Under the pieces are notes generated by a model. It was given only the letters and a program-made list of their open reading frames with translations. It was not told the origin of the DNA and did not search any database. Both the position numbers and the translations under genes were made by a program. From Ktedonobacterales bacterium (GTDB taxonomy: Bacteria; Chloroflexota; Ktedonobacteria; Ktedonobacterales; JADMIN01), in the NCBI GenBank assembly GCA_030167145.1, contig CP126532.1, positions 3,960,001 to 3,992,000 on the forward strand: a stretch of DNA of 32,000 nucleotides, in the 5' to 3' direction. This document shows positions 22,642 through 32,000 of this stretch, piece by piece. Position 1 is the first letter of the stretch; each line of letters starts with the position of its first letter.

Positions 22642-23025
22642 ATGCAACAGCGGAGAGATTTCAACGGACCTTCAGCGGGCGGCGACCGCCCCGCCAGTGA
22701 TCGCTCAGATCGCGGCGAGCGCGGCGAGCGCCCGGATCGCGGCGAGCGCGGCGAGCGTTCGGGTGGCCCTCGCTACGGCGGCCCGCGCGGGCGCGACTTC
22801 CGTTCCCGCCGCAAGGTCTGCACGTTCTGTGTAGACCATGTTCGCGAGATTGACTACAAAGAAATCTCACGTCTGCGACGGTATCTGTCTGACCGTGGTA
22901 AAATCGAGCCACGGCGCAAGACGGGCACCTGCGCCAAGCATCAGCGCCGGTTGAGCGTGGCATTGAAAAACGCCCGCTTCATGGCGATGTTGCCCTACAC
23001 CGCCGCACATATTCGCGGCTCGTAA
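22642..23025 (+). CDS. rpsR: 30S ribosomal protein S18 with a repetitive N-terminal extension
   Basis: Core '[64 protein letters not shown]'. An AAGGAG RBS is present. The position after rpsF-ssb is conserved. Confidence 0.9.
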   Translation: MQQRRDFNGPSAGGDRPASDRSDRGERGERPDRGERGERSGGPRYGGPRGRDFRSRRKVCTFCVDHVREIDYKEISRLRRYLSDRGKIEPRRKTGTCAKHQRRLSVALKNARFMAMLPYTAAHIRGS

Positions 23026-23124
23026 TCCTGACCGCTAGAGGATCGAGCGGGGCCTACGCGCCAGCGCACATGGCCGTTTCACCTCGCTCGATCCGCATCA
23101 CTCATCGGGAGATGCTGGACGCAC

Positions 23125-24447
23125 ATGAGCAACCAGACGCTGAACAAACCCACGGCGACGAAGCGCGGTCGCTCAAAGACCACCGCGCGTGCGCAGACCT
23201 ATCGCAGGCAAACAGCGCACCCCGTGGAAGGAATCCGAGACGGCAACCCCCTCATCTTTGGCTGGGGCGGCCACCTGAGCAAAAATCAAAAACAGCGCAT
23301 CCAGAAGCGCGCCGCCTACTCGTTCTTCGCCGTCGTGCTCGTCGCGATTCTGGCGGTCTTCACCTTTGGCGTCGTCCAGCAAAACTTCATCATCCCCAAC
23401 CAGACCATTGTCAGCATCAACAGCACCAACATCACCCAGGATACCTACCGCAAGTATCTGGCATATGTCTCTCAGGATCTCTGGAATACGATCCAGCGCG
23501 ACCTGAAGCAGAAAACCGCCCTGGATACCAAGGTCAAGAATGGCGACAAAGAGGCCTCAACTCAGTCCAACATCCTCGTCACGCAGCTTCAATCCGAGGA
23601 ATCTGGCTATAGTCAGTCGCAGTTGACCCAAACCGCAATGGACAATCTGGTTGAGAATCAGTTGATTCTTGCCGGCATCAAGCAGATCGAGAAAACCGAC
23701 CCCGCCGCCAGCGCAAAGCTCCAACCCACTGCGCAAGCCATTCAACAGCGCTTCGACGCCTTCAAGAAGGCGTTCCCCGCCAACGAAAGCTATGCGGACT
23801 TCCTCAGCAAAGACAACCTGAGCGACGCCGATGTGCGCGCTGCCGTGACGATTGCCTTGCTCCGCGATAACCTGCAGCAGTATCTCTCCGACCATCTCGT
23901 CTCGCCCACCCGGCAGGCGCATTATCGCAAGATTCAGGTCAGCACCGCCGATGCCGCCGCCAAGGTGCTCAGCCAGCTCACCAAGGGCACGGCCACGTGG
24001 GATCAACTCGCCAAGCAGGACTCCCTGGATACCGATAGCAAGAACGTCGGCGGCGATGCGGGCTGGCTTGCCCCTGGCACCGGCGATGCCGCCATCGAAG
24101 ACTGGATCTTCGCTTCCAACCGCCAGGTTAATGTGCTCAGCCCCGTCATCAAGGATGCCAGCGGCACCTTCGATGTCGTCGAGGTACTGGCGTTCGATCC
24201 TAGCCGCCCGGTTGACGCATCGCTGCTCAGCGCTGCCAAAACGAACGCGCTCACCCACTGGCTCAGCGGCCGTCGCGCCGATCCCGCCAACAAGATCAGC
24301 ACGCCCAATTCGGACATGATGACCGCCGGGCGCAACATGCCGACCTTGCCCGATCTTAACGCGACATTGCCATCGCTCACCCCGCCGAATGGCCTCCCAA
24401 GCCAGGGCGGCATGCCTGGTGGCGGCATTCTTCCCACTGGGCCGTAG
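23125..24447 (+). CDS. Membrane-anchored SurA/PrsA-like parvulin-type peptidyl-prolyl isomerase
   Basis: N-terminal TM 'AAYSFFAVVLVAILAVFTFGVV'. Parvulin block 'HYRKIQVSTADAAAKVLSQL...DSKNVGGDAGWLAPG...SPVIKDASGTFDVVEVL'. Confidence 0.8.
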   Translation: MSNQTLNKPTATKRGRSKTTARAQTYRRQTAHPVEGIRDGNPLIFGWGGHLSKNQKQRIQKRAAYSFFAVVLVAILAVFTFGVVQQNFIIPNQTIVSINSTNITQDTYRKYLAYVSQDLWNTIQRDLKQKTALDTKVKNGDKEASTQSNILVTQLQSEESGYSQSQLTQTAMDNLVENQLILAGIKQIEKTDPAASAKLQPTAQAIQQRFDAFKKAFPANESYADFLSKDNLSDADVRAAVTIALLRDNLQQYLSDHLVSPTRQAHYRKIQVSTADAAAKVLSQLTKGTATWDQLAKQDSLDTDSKNVGGDAGWLAPGTGDAAIEDWIFASNRQVNVLSPVIKDASGTFDVVEVLAFDPSRPVDASLLSAAKTNALTHWLSGRRADPANKISTPNSDMMTAGRNMPTLPDLNATLPSLTPPNGLPSQGGMPGGGILPTGP

Positions 24448-24669
24448 AGCAAACCTCAGCGTATACGAGGGCTTCCACCGGGGCGATGCGCAGGTTCAGC
24501 GCGTCGTCCCGGTTCGCCTTGGCGCCATGAGCAACGAGGGCAATATGAGCACTGTTGGGAAAGGATTGTAACCGTGAGTTCAAGCGTCGTGGATGACCAG
24601 CAGGCGCGGCTTTCACCGCCCGCCACTTCATTTCCGCCGGACCATACTCCACACCATTCCGGCGCACGG

Positions 24670-25923
24670 ATGTCGCTTGCCAATCCTGATACCCTGCTTG
24701 ACACCATCTCGCTCTACCTGCACATTCCGTTCTGCCACGCGAAGTGCCACTACTGTGATTTCAATTCCTACGCAGGCATGCTCGGCCTGCGCGAGCGCTA
24801 CGTGGATGCCCTGGCACGCGAGATCGCCCTTGCCGGGCAGCGCGCCCGCCTGCCCGACGGCACGCCCCGCCGCTGCCGCACCATCTTCTTTGGCGGCGGA
24901 ACCCCCAGCCTGCTCACCGCCGAACAGGTCGCTCACCTGCTCACCACTGCCCGCGCCGCCTTTGCCGTGGATGCCGACGCAGAAGTCACACTGGAAGCCA
25001 ACCCCGGCACCCTCGAATATGGCCGCCTCGATGAGTTCCGCGCGGCTGGCGTCACCCGCCTGAGCATGGGCGCGCAGAGCTTCGACGCGGGCCTGTTGCG
25101 TTGGATGGGACGCATTCACAGCCCCGAAGAGATCGAAACCGCCTTCGCCTCCGCCAAACAGGCAGGCTTCTCCAGCGTCAACCTCGACTTCATCTATGCG
25201 CTGCCGGGCCAATCCCAATCCACCTGGGCCGCGACACTGGACCGCGCGCTCGCCCTGCGCCCTGAGCACCTCTCGCTCTACTCGCTCATCGTCGAGGAAG
25301 GCACACCGCTCTTCAATTGGGTCCGCCAGGGGCGCGTACATCCTGTGGATGACGACGTGGCCGCCGATATGTACGAGCTAGCCGAAGCGCGGCTCGCCGC
25401 CGCTGGCTATCGCCAGTATGAGATCTCGAATTGGGCGCTGCCGGGCCATGCCTGCCGCCACAACCTCACCTATTGGCACAATCTGCCCTACATCGGCCTC
25501 GGCGCGGGCGCGCATGGCTGGTATTCTGGGCAGCGGTACGCCGAAGCGCGTCCCATTCGCGACTACATCGCCCGTGTTGAAACAGTGGAGTCGCTGAGAG
25601 ACGAGCACGACAGCCCGCGCAACGGGCAGCCCGCGCCACTGCCTGCTGCGGCGGCTGTCGAAGACGAACGCATCCCCCGCGATCTTGAGATGGCGGAAAC
25701 GGCGATACTTGGACTGCGTCTGGTAGACGGCCTGGACCTCGATGCGTTCGCGCGGCGCTTTGGCAGCGACTTTGCCAGCGTCTTCAGCGCGCGGCTCACG
25801 CCAGTCCGCGACGCGGATCTACTGGAAACGCGGGGCAACATCCTACGGCTAACGGAGCGTGGGCGGCTGCTGGGCAACGAAGTATTCGCGCGCCTGCTTC
25901 CTGATAACGATGCCACATCCTAG
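24670..25923 (+). CDS. hemW: Radical SAM HemW/HemN-like protein
   Basis: 'LYLHIPFCHAKCHYCDFNSY' (CxxxCxxC), 'IFFGGGTPS' and 'RLSMGAQSF'. The ATG at 24670 gives a typical N-terminal length; the ORF-track start at 24574 is possible. Confidence 0.85.
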   Translation: MSLANPDTLLDTISLYLHIPFCHAKCHYCDFNSYAGMLGLRERYVDALAREIALAGQRARLPDGTPRRCRTIFFGGGTPSLLTAEQVAHLLTTARAAFAVDADAEVTLEANPGTLEYGRLDEFRAAGVTRLSMGAQSFDAGLLRWMGRIHSPEEIETAFASAKQAGFSSVNLDFIYALPGQSQSTWAATLDRALALRPEHLSLYSLIVEEGTPLFNWVRQGRVHPVDDDVAADMYELAEARLAAAGYRQYEISNWALPGHACRHNLTYWHNLPYIGLGAGAHGWYSGQRYAEARPIRDYIARVETVESLRDEHDSPRNGQPAPLPAAAAVEDERIPRDLEMAETAILGLRLVDGLDLDAFARRFGSDFASVFSARLTPVRDADLLETRGNILRLTERGRLLGNEVFARLLPDNDATS

Positions 25924-25961
25924 TGGCATGAGAAACTCGCGTGTATCACTATGATTCGACG

Positions 25962-26189
25962 CTACAGATCTGCGCATGCCTCAGTCAGCTTTCCGTTGTC
26001 GAGCAGCCAGCGGGCGAACTCAAGCCGCCGCTCATCCAGCATCCGCTTGAGATACTCATCCTGGTTATGCACCGCACGCCGTAGCTCAACCAGCCGGTTG
26101 ACCTCATCCGTGCTGAAGTTGCCGTGCAGCGTCGCGGGGGCGCCAGGCCCAGGAACGGTATTTGGAGACTCCTGCGGTAGCATATGCAT
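25962..26189 (-). CDS. Small hypothetical protein (75 aa)
   Basis: The start was trimmed to MHMLPQ (complement of 26187-26189) with an AAGGTG-like RBS. No recognisable family. Confidence 0.4.
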   Translation of the reverse strand: MHMLPQESPNTVPGPGAPATLHGNFSTDEVNRLVELRRAVHNQDEYLKRMLDERRLEFARWLLDNGKLTEACADL

Positions 26190-26353
26190 CACCTTCTCAC
26201 CTGTGTGTACCACTGGGTACCGACGACTGCATAGCCGTCTATCGCACGGGTTGTGCCAACTATCGCGCCATGCCATACAGCGGGAGTAGGTTCCCTCCGC
26301 CTGGGCCTGTTTGCCGCGGACTGCTACAATGCATTCGAAAGGGTCAACGACAC

Positions 26354-28243
26354 ATGAGCCATACCGGCAGCGGCGGCAACACAAATGATCTGCGAGATGC
26401 CCAGCAACGGGCTGTCATGCCCGTAACCGCATTACCCGCGCCAATCGCAGCGGTCGCGCGGCCACTCGAACTCGCCCTCAAACTGGCCAACACCGAACTG
26501 GATGCGCTGCTGCCCGCGCATTCGCGCATTCAGGTGCAGTTGCTGGCAAACCGTGGTATCCGTGGCGCAGAGCAGATCGCCACCTTCCTGAACGCCGATT
26601 GGCGCGCATCCGGCGATCCATTGCCCGATCTTGATACGGCCGTGGCGCGCATCCAGCGCGCGCTGCGCGACCACGAGCAGATTGCCGTCTTTGGTGACTA
26701 CGACTGCGACGGCATGACCTCATGCGCGCTCCTCACCGCTGCCCTGCGCGACCTGGGCGCGGCATCCGTCACGCCATATGTGCCCGTCCGCGAAGATGAC
26801 GGGCGCGGGCTGAATCCCTCCGCCATCGCCGAGTTGGCGGCCAAGGGGATAAAGCTGCTGATTACCACCGACTGTGGCACGGCGAACATCGCCGAGGTGC
26901 AGCAGGCGCGCGATTTGGGCATGGAAGTCATCATCACCGACCACCATCCCGCGCATGGGCCGTTGCCCGATGGCATTGCCGTCGTCAACCCCAGCCGCAT
27001 GCAGCCGCGCTCCACCGCCGCCGATCTGGCGGGCGTCGGCGTCGCCTTCCGGCTGGCCGAAGCGCTCTACTCGCATCTGGATACACCAGACCGCGACGCG
27101 AAGCTGGACGCCCTGCTCGACCTCGTGGCCGTGGGCACCATCGCCGATGTCGTGCCGCTCACCGCGCAGAACTGGGCGCTGGTTCGCGCGGGCCTGCGCC
27201 GCCTGCGCGCCGCGCCGCGTCCTGGCTTGCGTGCGCTTCTTGCCGCCGCTCGGCTGCGCCCCGAAGATGCCAGTACACGCGACATCTCGTTCTCGCTCGC
27301 GCCCCGGCTCAATGCCTGCGGGCGGCTGGGGCAACCCAAACTGGCGCTCAATCTCCTGCTCGCCGCCAGCGACACCGAAGCTACAGACCTGGCCGCCAAA
27401 GTCGAGGCGCTGAATGCCGAGCGGCAAACCCTCACCGAAGCGATCACCGCCGAGGCGCGGGCACAACTGCTCTCGCACGCGCGCCTGCCCACGACACCTG
27501 AGCCAGACACGCTCTCAGCCTTAGCCGCGCACCTGCCAGCGGGTGTGGGTGTGGCCATCGGCAACGACTGGCACATGGGCATGCTTGGACCAGTCGCCGG
27601 GCGGCTGGCTGAAGATCAACATCGCCCGATATTCATTCTCAGCCAGGGCGAAACCGAGACGCGAGGCTCCGCACGTGGGCCAGAGGGCAATGATCTGGGC
27701 GCATTGCTGGCAGCGAACAGCGGCCTATTTAAGCGCTTTGGCGGCCACACACGTGCCGCTGGTTTCACCCTGGCGAACGAACAGGTAGCGGCGTTTCTGC
27801 GCTACCTTGGCGAGCGCTTTGCCGCGCATCCCGCCGCAAGTGCGGACAGCAAGGATGATAGCGCCTCGACCTCCCAGCCAGCGCTTGCGGTAGACGCCGA
27901 GCTACCCATCGCGAATGCTATTGGCCTATATGATGACATCGCCGTGCTTGCTCCGTTCGGCCCAGACTTCCCGGAGCCGGTCTTCGTTACACGGCAGGTC
28001 AAGATTGTTGGCTGCCGCGCCGTGGGCAACGCAGGCGTGCATCTGCGACTATCGCTCCGCGAAAAAGGCCGCAATTTCGCCGCGCTCTGGCCGCGTCAGG
28101 GCGCACTGGCTGGGGCGATGAGCCAGGCGCTTCCGGCGCTGCCACCGGTAGATCTCGTCTATCGTCTGGGCGCCTCCACCGCGCGCTTTGGCGGCGAGCG
28201 CGAAGTGCAACCCTACATCGTCGGGATTGGAATTCCGAGCTAA
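26354..28243 (+). CDS. recJ: Single-stranded-DNA-specific exonuclease RecJ (DHH family)
   Basis: 'AVFGDYDCDGMTS', 'LLITTDCG', 'IITDHH' and the DHHA1-type 'GGHTRAAGF'. The start is at ATG 26354; the ORF-track start at 26162 overlaps the divergent gene. Confidence 0.9.
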   Translation: MSHTGSGGNTNDLRDAQQRAVMPVTALPAPIAAVARPLELALKLANTELDALLPAHSRIQVQLLANRGIRGAEQIATFLNADWRASGDPLPDLDTAVARIQRALRDHEQIAVFGDYDCDGMTSCALLTAALRDLGAASVTPYVPVREDDGRGLNPSAIAELAAKGIKLLITTDCGTANIAEVQQARDLGMEVIITDHHPAHGPLPDGIAVVNPSRMQPRSTAADLAGVGVAFRLAEALYSHLDTPDRDAKLDALLDLVAVGTIADVVPLTAQNWALVRAGLRRLRAAPRPGLRALLAAARLRPEDASTRDISFSLAPRLNACGRLGQPKLALNLLLAASDTEATDLAAKVEALNAERQTLTEAITAEARAQLLSHARLPTTPEPDTLSALAAHLPAGVGVAIGNDWHMGMLGPVAGRLAEDQHRPIFILSQGETETRGSARGPEGNDLGALLAANSGLFKRFGGHTRAAGFTLANEQVAAFLRYLGERFAAHPAASADSKDDSASTSQPALAVDAELPIANAIGLYDDIAVLAPFGPDFPEPVFVTRQVKIVGCRAVGNAGVHLRLSLREKGRNFAALWPRQGALAGAMSQALPALPPVDLVYRLGASTARFGGEREVQPYIVGIGIPS

Positions 28244-28379
28244 CGCGAGCAAAGGAACCATTCGCGCAGCACTGGCATGCTTTGTGCCGCATGGAATTCG
28301 CGGTTGATACTCCGCTCCGCGCTGGCGGGCTGCGGGTTTGGCCGAAAGTTTGCTGAAACACACAGTTGCCTCGCTCTTC

Positions 28380-28388
28380 TGCTATACT
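28380..28388 (+). promoter_or_regulatory. Extended -10 element TGCTATACT upstream of the P450 gene
   Basis: Same CTGCTATACT string as at 19407-19416. About 90 nt upstream of ATG 28480. Confidence 0.3.
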
Positions 28389-28479
28389 GCGTTTGTGTAA
28401 TGGCGTAGCGGTGTTCAGGATAGGGCGTCCGCGTTCCTGCGCGGATGCACGAGTGGGTATGGGAATAGGAGTCTTTGGT

Positions 28480-29865
28480 ATGGCGCTGGCGCCTTCATTG
28501 GTAGGGGCAGGAGCAGGCATACGAGTACGCAAGGCCGTCAACCGGCGGCCCGTGGCTGCGCCCGGCATCCCCCTCTTAGGCAACGCGATTGACCTGTTCC
28601 GCCGTCCTCTTGAGTTCTTCGTACAATCGTACTATGACGTTGGGCCAGTGTTTCGGGCCAGCGGGCCGGGGCGCAGCTATGTTGTGCTGGCTGGGCCGCG
28701 CGCTAATACCTTTCTGGCGCACGAAGGCGAGCGCTACCTAGATAATCGCCCGATTTACCGACAGGTCGCGGGCGAACTGCGTTCTGGCAATTATGCTATC
28801 GCCACCGACGGCGAACAGCATACCCATTTGCGACGCACACTCAAACCTGCCTTCTCGCACAAGTCGCTCTCGCGCTACCTGCCGCGCATGCTCGCCACCG
28901 CCGATCAGCTCGTGTGCGAGTGGCGGCCCGGCATGCGGCTGCGCGTGCTCGATACCATGCACCGTCTCGTCGGCGAGCAACTGGGCGCGGCGCTGGTGGG
29001 CCGCGCGCTGGGCGGCGACCTCGCCGATGCTGTGACCTTCGCACGCTACTCCGTCGGCGCGGGGCTGGGCGCGTATCCAACCTTCATGGCCCGCTTTCCC
29101 CATTATTTGGCCGCGAAGCATCGCATGTTCGCGCTGATGCGCGACATCGTCGCCGAACACCGCGACAATCCCCCAGGACCAAATCGCGAGCCGGATTTCG
29201 TTGACCTGTTGCTGGAAGCCACCGATCACGAGGGCCAGCCGCTCAGCGATGATGATGTGATCGCCAACGCGCAGATGGCCTATAGCAACGCCATGCTCTA
29301 CGGCGGACCAGCCTGTGCTTTCCTGCTCTATGTCCTGCTCAAGTATCCCGAGGCACGGGCGCGGGTCCAGGCGGAGGTGGATGCGGCGTTTGCGGACGGC
29401 ATTGGCGACGCCCGCGCCTTCTTCGGCCTGAAACATCTGCATGGGGCGATGCTCGAATCCATGCGCCTGTTTCCCATTGCGCTGGCCACACCACGGCTCG
29501 TCGTCAAGCCGTTCGAGCTTGAGGGCAACGAGGTGCGCCCCGGCGACGTGACGCTCTTTGCCGTCTCAGTCTGCCACTTTCTGCCCGAAATCTTCCCTAA
29601 TCCCTACACCTTCGACATTGACCGCTACAGCGAGCCGCGCAACGAGCATCACCAGCCTGCCATGTTTGTGCGTTTCGGCCTCGGCGCGCATGCCTGCGCG
29701 GGCATGGGGCTGGTCGAGATGTTCGTCATGACCACGCTCGCCGCGATTCTGCGCCATGTCGAACTGACGCTGGACCCACCTGGCTATACCCTGCGCCGTG
29801 TGGTGAATCCCTTCCCTGAACCTGAGCGCAAGCTCGCCGTCCGCGTCGCTGCGCTCCGCTCGTAG
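28480..29865 (+). CDS. Cytochrome P450 monooxygenase
   Basis: Heme-binding 'FGLGAHACAGMGL' and ExxR 'ESMR'. An AGGAG RBS lies 8 nt upstream of ATG 28480. Confidence 0.9.
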   Translation: MALAPSLVGAGAGIRVRKAVNRRPVAAPGIPLLGNAIDLFRRPLEFFVQSYYDVGPVFRASGPGRSYVVLAGPRANTFLAHEGERYLDNRPIYRQVAGELRSGNYAIATDGEQHTHLRRTLKPAFSHKSLSRYLPRMLATADQLVCEWRPGMRLRVLDTMHRLVGEQLGAALVGRALGGDLADAVTFARYSVGAGLGAYPTFMARFPHYLAAKHRMFALMRDIVAEHRDNPPGPNREPDFVDLLLEATDHEGQPLSDDDVIANAQMAYSNAMLYGGPACAFLLYVLLKYPEARARVQAEVDAAFADGIGDARAFFGLKHLHGAMLESMRLFPIALATPRLVVKPFELEGNEVRPGDVTLFAVSVCHFLPEIFPNPYTFDIDRYSEPRNEHHQPAMFVRFGLGAHACAGMGLVEMFVMTTLAAILRHVELTLDPPGYTLRRVVNPFPEPERKLAVRVAALRS

Positions 29866-29891
29866 TAGCATCCTGCGGACGCGCAGAACCC

Positions 29892-29922
29892 GAACCCGCC
29901 CCCATGCACCGGAGGCGGGTTC
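29892..29922. terminator. Hairpin between the convergent P450 and Yip1-like genes
   Basis: Perfect 9-bp stem GAACCCGCC (29892-29900) / GGCGGGTTC (29914-29922) with a 13-nt loop. No U-tract. Confidence 0.4.
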
Positions 29923-29946
29923 TCATATGCGCACACCTGTGGCTGA

Positions 29947-31029
29947 TCAGCGTGCGCCGTTGAGCGCGGCGGCAATCGCGGCGGCCAGAATGAACGCCAG
30001 CCCGCAGGCGAGCACCAGCCCCACAGCCAGTGGTAGTAACACCGTGGCAACCGACTTGCCGATGGTGAGCCGGTGGCTGGCCGAGATAGCGAAGACCGAC
30101 AGCACGATCTCATAGATGCCCAGTGCGAACGCAGCGATCCCACCGAGCACCGGAATCAAGCCCAGGATGGCAATCACCCCCTGGATCGGCACATAGAACA
30201 GCATCAACGCATACGAATGGTGCAGAAATGTGCCAGTTCCGCCGAAGATTTTGGCGCAGAGAAACAATATCCCCGCGCCGATGAAGAATCCCAGTGGCAC
30301 CCCGATAATGGATCCCCATCCTGCTGAGGCCGGGATGCGAATGGTGTTGGTAGCGCCATTCGCGCCAGGAACTTGGAATGTGGTCACAGTATAGAGCGCG
30401 GCGATGCCACCCGTGATCGCGCTCAGCACTCCCAGGGCGATCACGCTGAGCCAGATGTCGCGCCAGTTCGCGGTTGGCAACTCATTCGCGAATGAGGCAA
30501 CGCCGGGCTTGGTGGTGACGTTGAGCCACTTTTGCCAGATGCCGTTGAGTCCTGCCGGTTGTGGCGCGGCATAGGCCCCTCCCCCCGCTTGCGCACCGCC
30601 ATACGCGCCATAGCCACCATAGCCGCCGTACGGAGCCGCGGGCGGTGGTGGCGGCGGGGCATACTGTTGCTGTGGATACGGGGGTTGCGCTGGTGGCGGA
30701 TACTGCGGTTGCGCCTGCGCTGGCGGTGGATAGGGTGGCTGCGCCTGGGGTGGATAGCCCGGTTGTGGCTGGTAGCCCGGCGGCGGTGGATAGCTCGGCT
30801 GCGCTGGTGGCGGTGGATACCCCGCCGCGCCCGCTGGTGGTGGATAGCTCGGCTGCGCTGGTGGTGGCGTGTTGGGTGCGCTCTCGCGCGGCGGATATTC
30901 GGGCGGCTGTGCATGCTGCTGTGGCGCTCCCTGCGATGGCGTATCCGGCGCATCCAGTGTATCCGGGGGGTCTGGCGTGCCCGATGGATAATTGGGATCG
31001 CGCGGTGGCTGGGTCGGATCACTGCTCAT
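29947..31029 (-). CDS. Yip1-domain membrane protein with a long Pro/Tyr/Gln-rich N-terminal region
   Basis: C-terminal 5-TM block 'KIFGGTGTFLHHSYALMLFYVPIQGVIAILGLIPVLGGIAAFALGIYEIVLSVFAISASHRL'. The start was trimmed to MSSDPTQ (complement of 31027-31029) with an AGGAGG RBS. Confidence 0.65.
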   Translation of the reverse strand: MSSDPTQPPRDPNYPSGTPDPPDTLDAPDTPSQGAPQQHAQPPEYPPRESAPNTPPPAQPSYPPPAGAAGYPPPPAQPSYPPPPGYQPQPGYPPQAQPPYPPPAQAQPQYPPPAQPPYPQQQYAPPPPPPAAPYGGYGGYGAYGGAQAGGGAYAAPQPAGLNGIWQKWLNVTTKPGVASFANELPTANWRDIWLSVIALGVLSAITGGIAALYTVTTFQVPGANGATNTIRIPASAGWGSIIGVPLGFFIGAGILFLCAKIFGGTGTFLHHSYALMLFYVPIQGVIAILGLIPVLGGIAAFALGIYEIVLSVFAISASHRLTIGKSVATVLLPLAVGLVLACGLAFILAAAIAAALNGAR

Positions 31030-31249
31030 GGAAACTCTCCCCTCCTGGGTAGACTGCTGCTGTTCAGCATCTCTGCACGGCAAAGATGAGCGACAGCGCC
31101 TCATGCGGTCCTCTACACTACATATGTCGTGCCATCGCATGGCTGGCATGGCCCCTTCACTCCCCGCAGCGCCACCGATGGAACACAGCACGACACCCTC
31201 GCGTGCTAAGATGCAGAGAGAGACATTGCACATAGAGGAGCTTCACACG

Positions 31250-32000
31250 ATGCCCAACCCACCATCCTTGCCCACGCCGTCATTTGGCGCGCTGCTCCGC
31301 CAATATCGCCTGTCGCGCGGGCTGAGTGTCGAGCAGGTCGCCGAAGCGGCTCAGCTTGCGCCCAGTGTCATCCGCACGATGGAGGGTGGCCAGCGCATCG
31401 CCCCGCCGCATGCGTCTATTGAGAAACTGGCGGAACTGCTGCAACTGAGCAAGAACGAACGCCTGATGTTTACGCTTGCGGCGACCATGGATTCGCCTAT
31501 CATGTCAGCCTGGTTGCAGCCTTCCACCGCACCCAAGTTGCCGCCGCTTACCGCTGCTATCCTGGCGTTCCTCATCGCCGATGTGCGGGGCTATACCCAT
31601 TTCACGCAGGATCAGGGTGACGCGGCAGCCGCGCGGCTGACCACCAAATTCGCCGATCTGACACGCAGTGTGGTCGAACGTTGGGATGGGCGGCTGGTCG
31701 AGCTACGCGGCGACGAGGCGTTGGTGGTCTTCGGCTCGGCTCGTCAGGCGCTTCAAGCCGCGCTAGAGATGCAGGATCGCTTCGTCGAGGCGACCAATGC
31801 TGATCCTGATCTGCCCCTGGCGGTGGGCATCGGCATAGATGTAGGCGAAGCGGTGGCGTTGGAGGAGGGCTATCGCGGCGCGGCGCTCAATCGCGCAGCG
31901 CGACTGTGCAGCATGGCGGGCGCGGGCGATGTGCTGGTGACGACTGGGCTGGCCTACGTCGCGCCGAAGGTGGATGGTATAGATTACCTGGGACGTGGGC
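31250..32000 (+). CDS. XRE-type HTH domain fused to a class III adenylate/guanylate cyclase domain; 3' end lies outside the window
   Basis: Absent from the ORF track because there is no stop in the window. Own translation: 'FGALLRQYRLSRGLSVEQVAEAAQLAPSVIRTMEGG' (HTH), then 'FLIADVRGYTHFT', 'LRGDEALVVFGS', 'GIGIDVGEAV', 'NRAARLCSMAGAGDVLV'. A GAGGAG RBS precedes ATG 31250. Confidence 0.8.
   Translation, partial: MPNPPSLPTPSFGALLRQYRLSRGLSVEQVAEAAQLAPSVIRTMEGGQRIAPPHASIEKLAELLQLSKNERLMFTLAATMDSPIMSAWLQPSTAPKLPPLTAAILAFLIADVRGYTHFTQDQGDAAAARLTTKFADLTRSVVERWDGRLVELRGDEALVVFGSARQALQAALEMQDRFVEATNADPDLPLAVGIGIDVGEAVALEEGYRGAALNRAARLCSMAGAGDVLVTTGLAYVAPKVDGIDYLGRG

Noticed and set aside
21489-23025. 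Missing rplI after rpsF-ssb-rpsR as a sign of rearrangement
   Set aside because: Operon composition varies among phyla, and the next gene (a PPIase) follows with a normal intergenic gap. There are no breakpoint signatures.
28480-29865. P450 as part of a biosynthetic gene cluster
   Set aside because: The neighbours are recJ and a Yip1-like membrane protein. There are no synthases, tailoring enzymes or transporters nearby.

Overview
High-GC (about 65%) bacterial chromosomal window with strong C-ending codon bias. It holds about 25 protein genes, two tRNAs and many antisense shadow ORFs. All family calls are by-eye motif recognition; no database search was run. The taxon cannot be fixed from this window; the gene content would fit a Chloroflexota-like or other high-GC lineage. 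Ordinary content: tex (5' truncated), a CaCA/CAX antiporter, tRNA-Leu(CAG) and tRNA-Ser(GCU) with their own promoter and terminator, a LURP-one-related protein, a ClpC-like AAA+ unfoldase, a DUF2156/MprF-like protein, rpsF-ssb-rpsR, a parvulin PPIase, hemW, recJ, a cytochrome P450, a Yip1-domain protein, and an HTH plus class III cyclase gene (3' truncated). Items worth a second look: (1) an XPB helicase and Bax1/DUF790 nuclease pair with a 1-nt stop-start gap, followed by a protein with two 4xCxxC clusters; Bax1 carries an in-frame 39-nt x3 repeat. (2) A roughly 720-bp gene-free gap (18726-19449) containing 13 same-strand ATCGGC hexamers arranged as 9-bp-period dyads, plus a duplicated 26-nt hairpin block. 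(3) A 58-nt triple-hairpin element present three times in the same orientation (4191, 14813, 19261). (4) An IS200/IS605 TnpA-like protein that has lost both HUH histidines and the catalytic tyrosine and has gained a C-terminal AT-hook; it sits just upstream of a ClpC-like ATPase whose N-domain is replaced by a McsA-type zinc ribbon. (5) A roughly 1-kb low-GC (about 40%) in-frame segment inside a membrane-protein gene. Several long ORF-track entries are artefactual 5' extensions and have been trimmed to starts supported by a ribosome-binding site.
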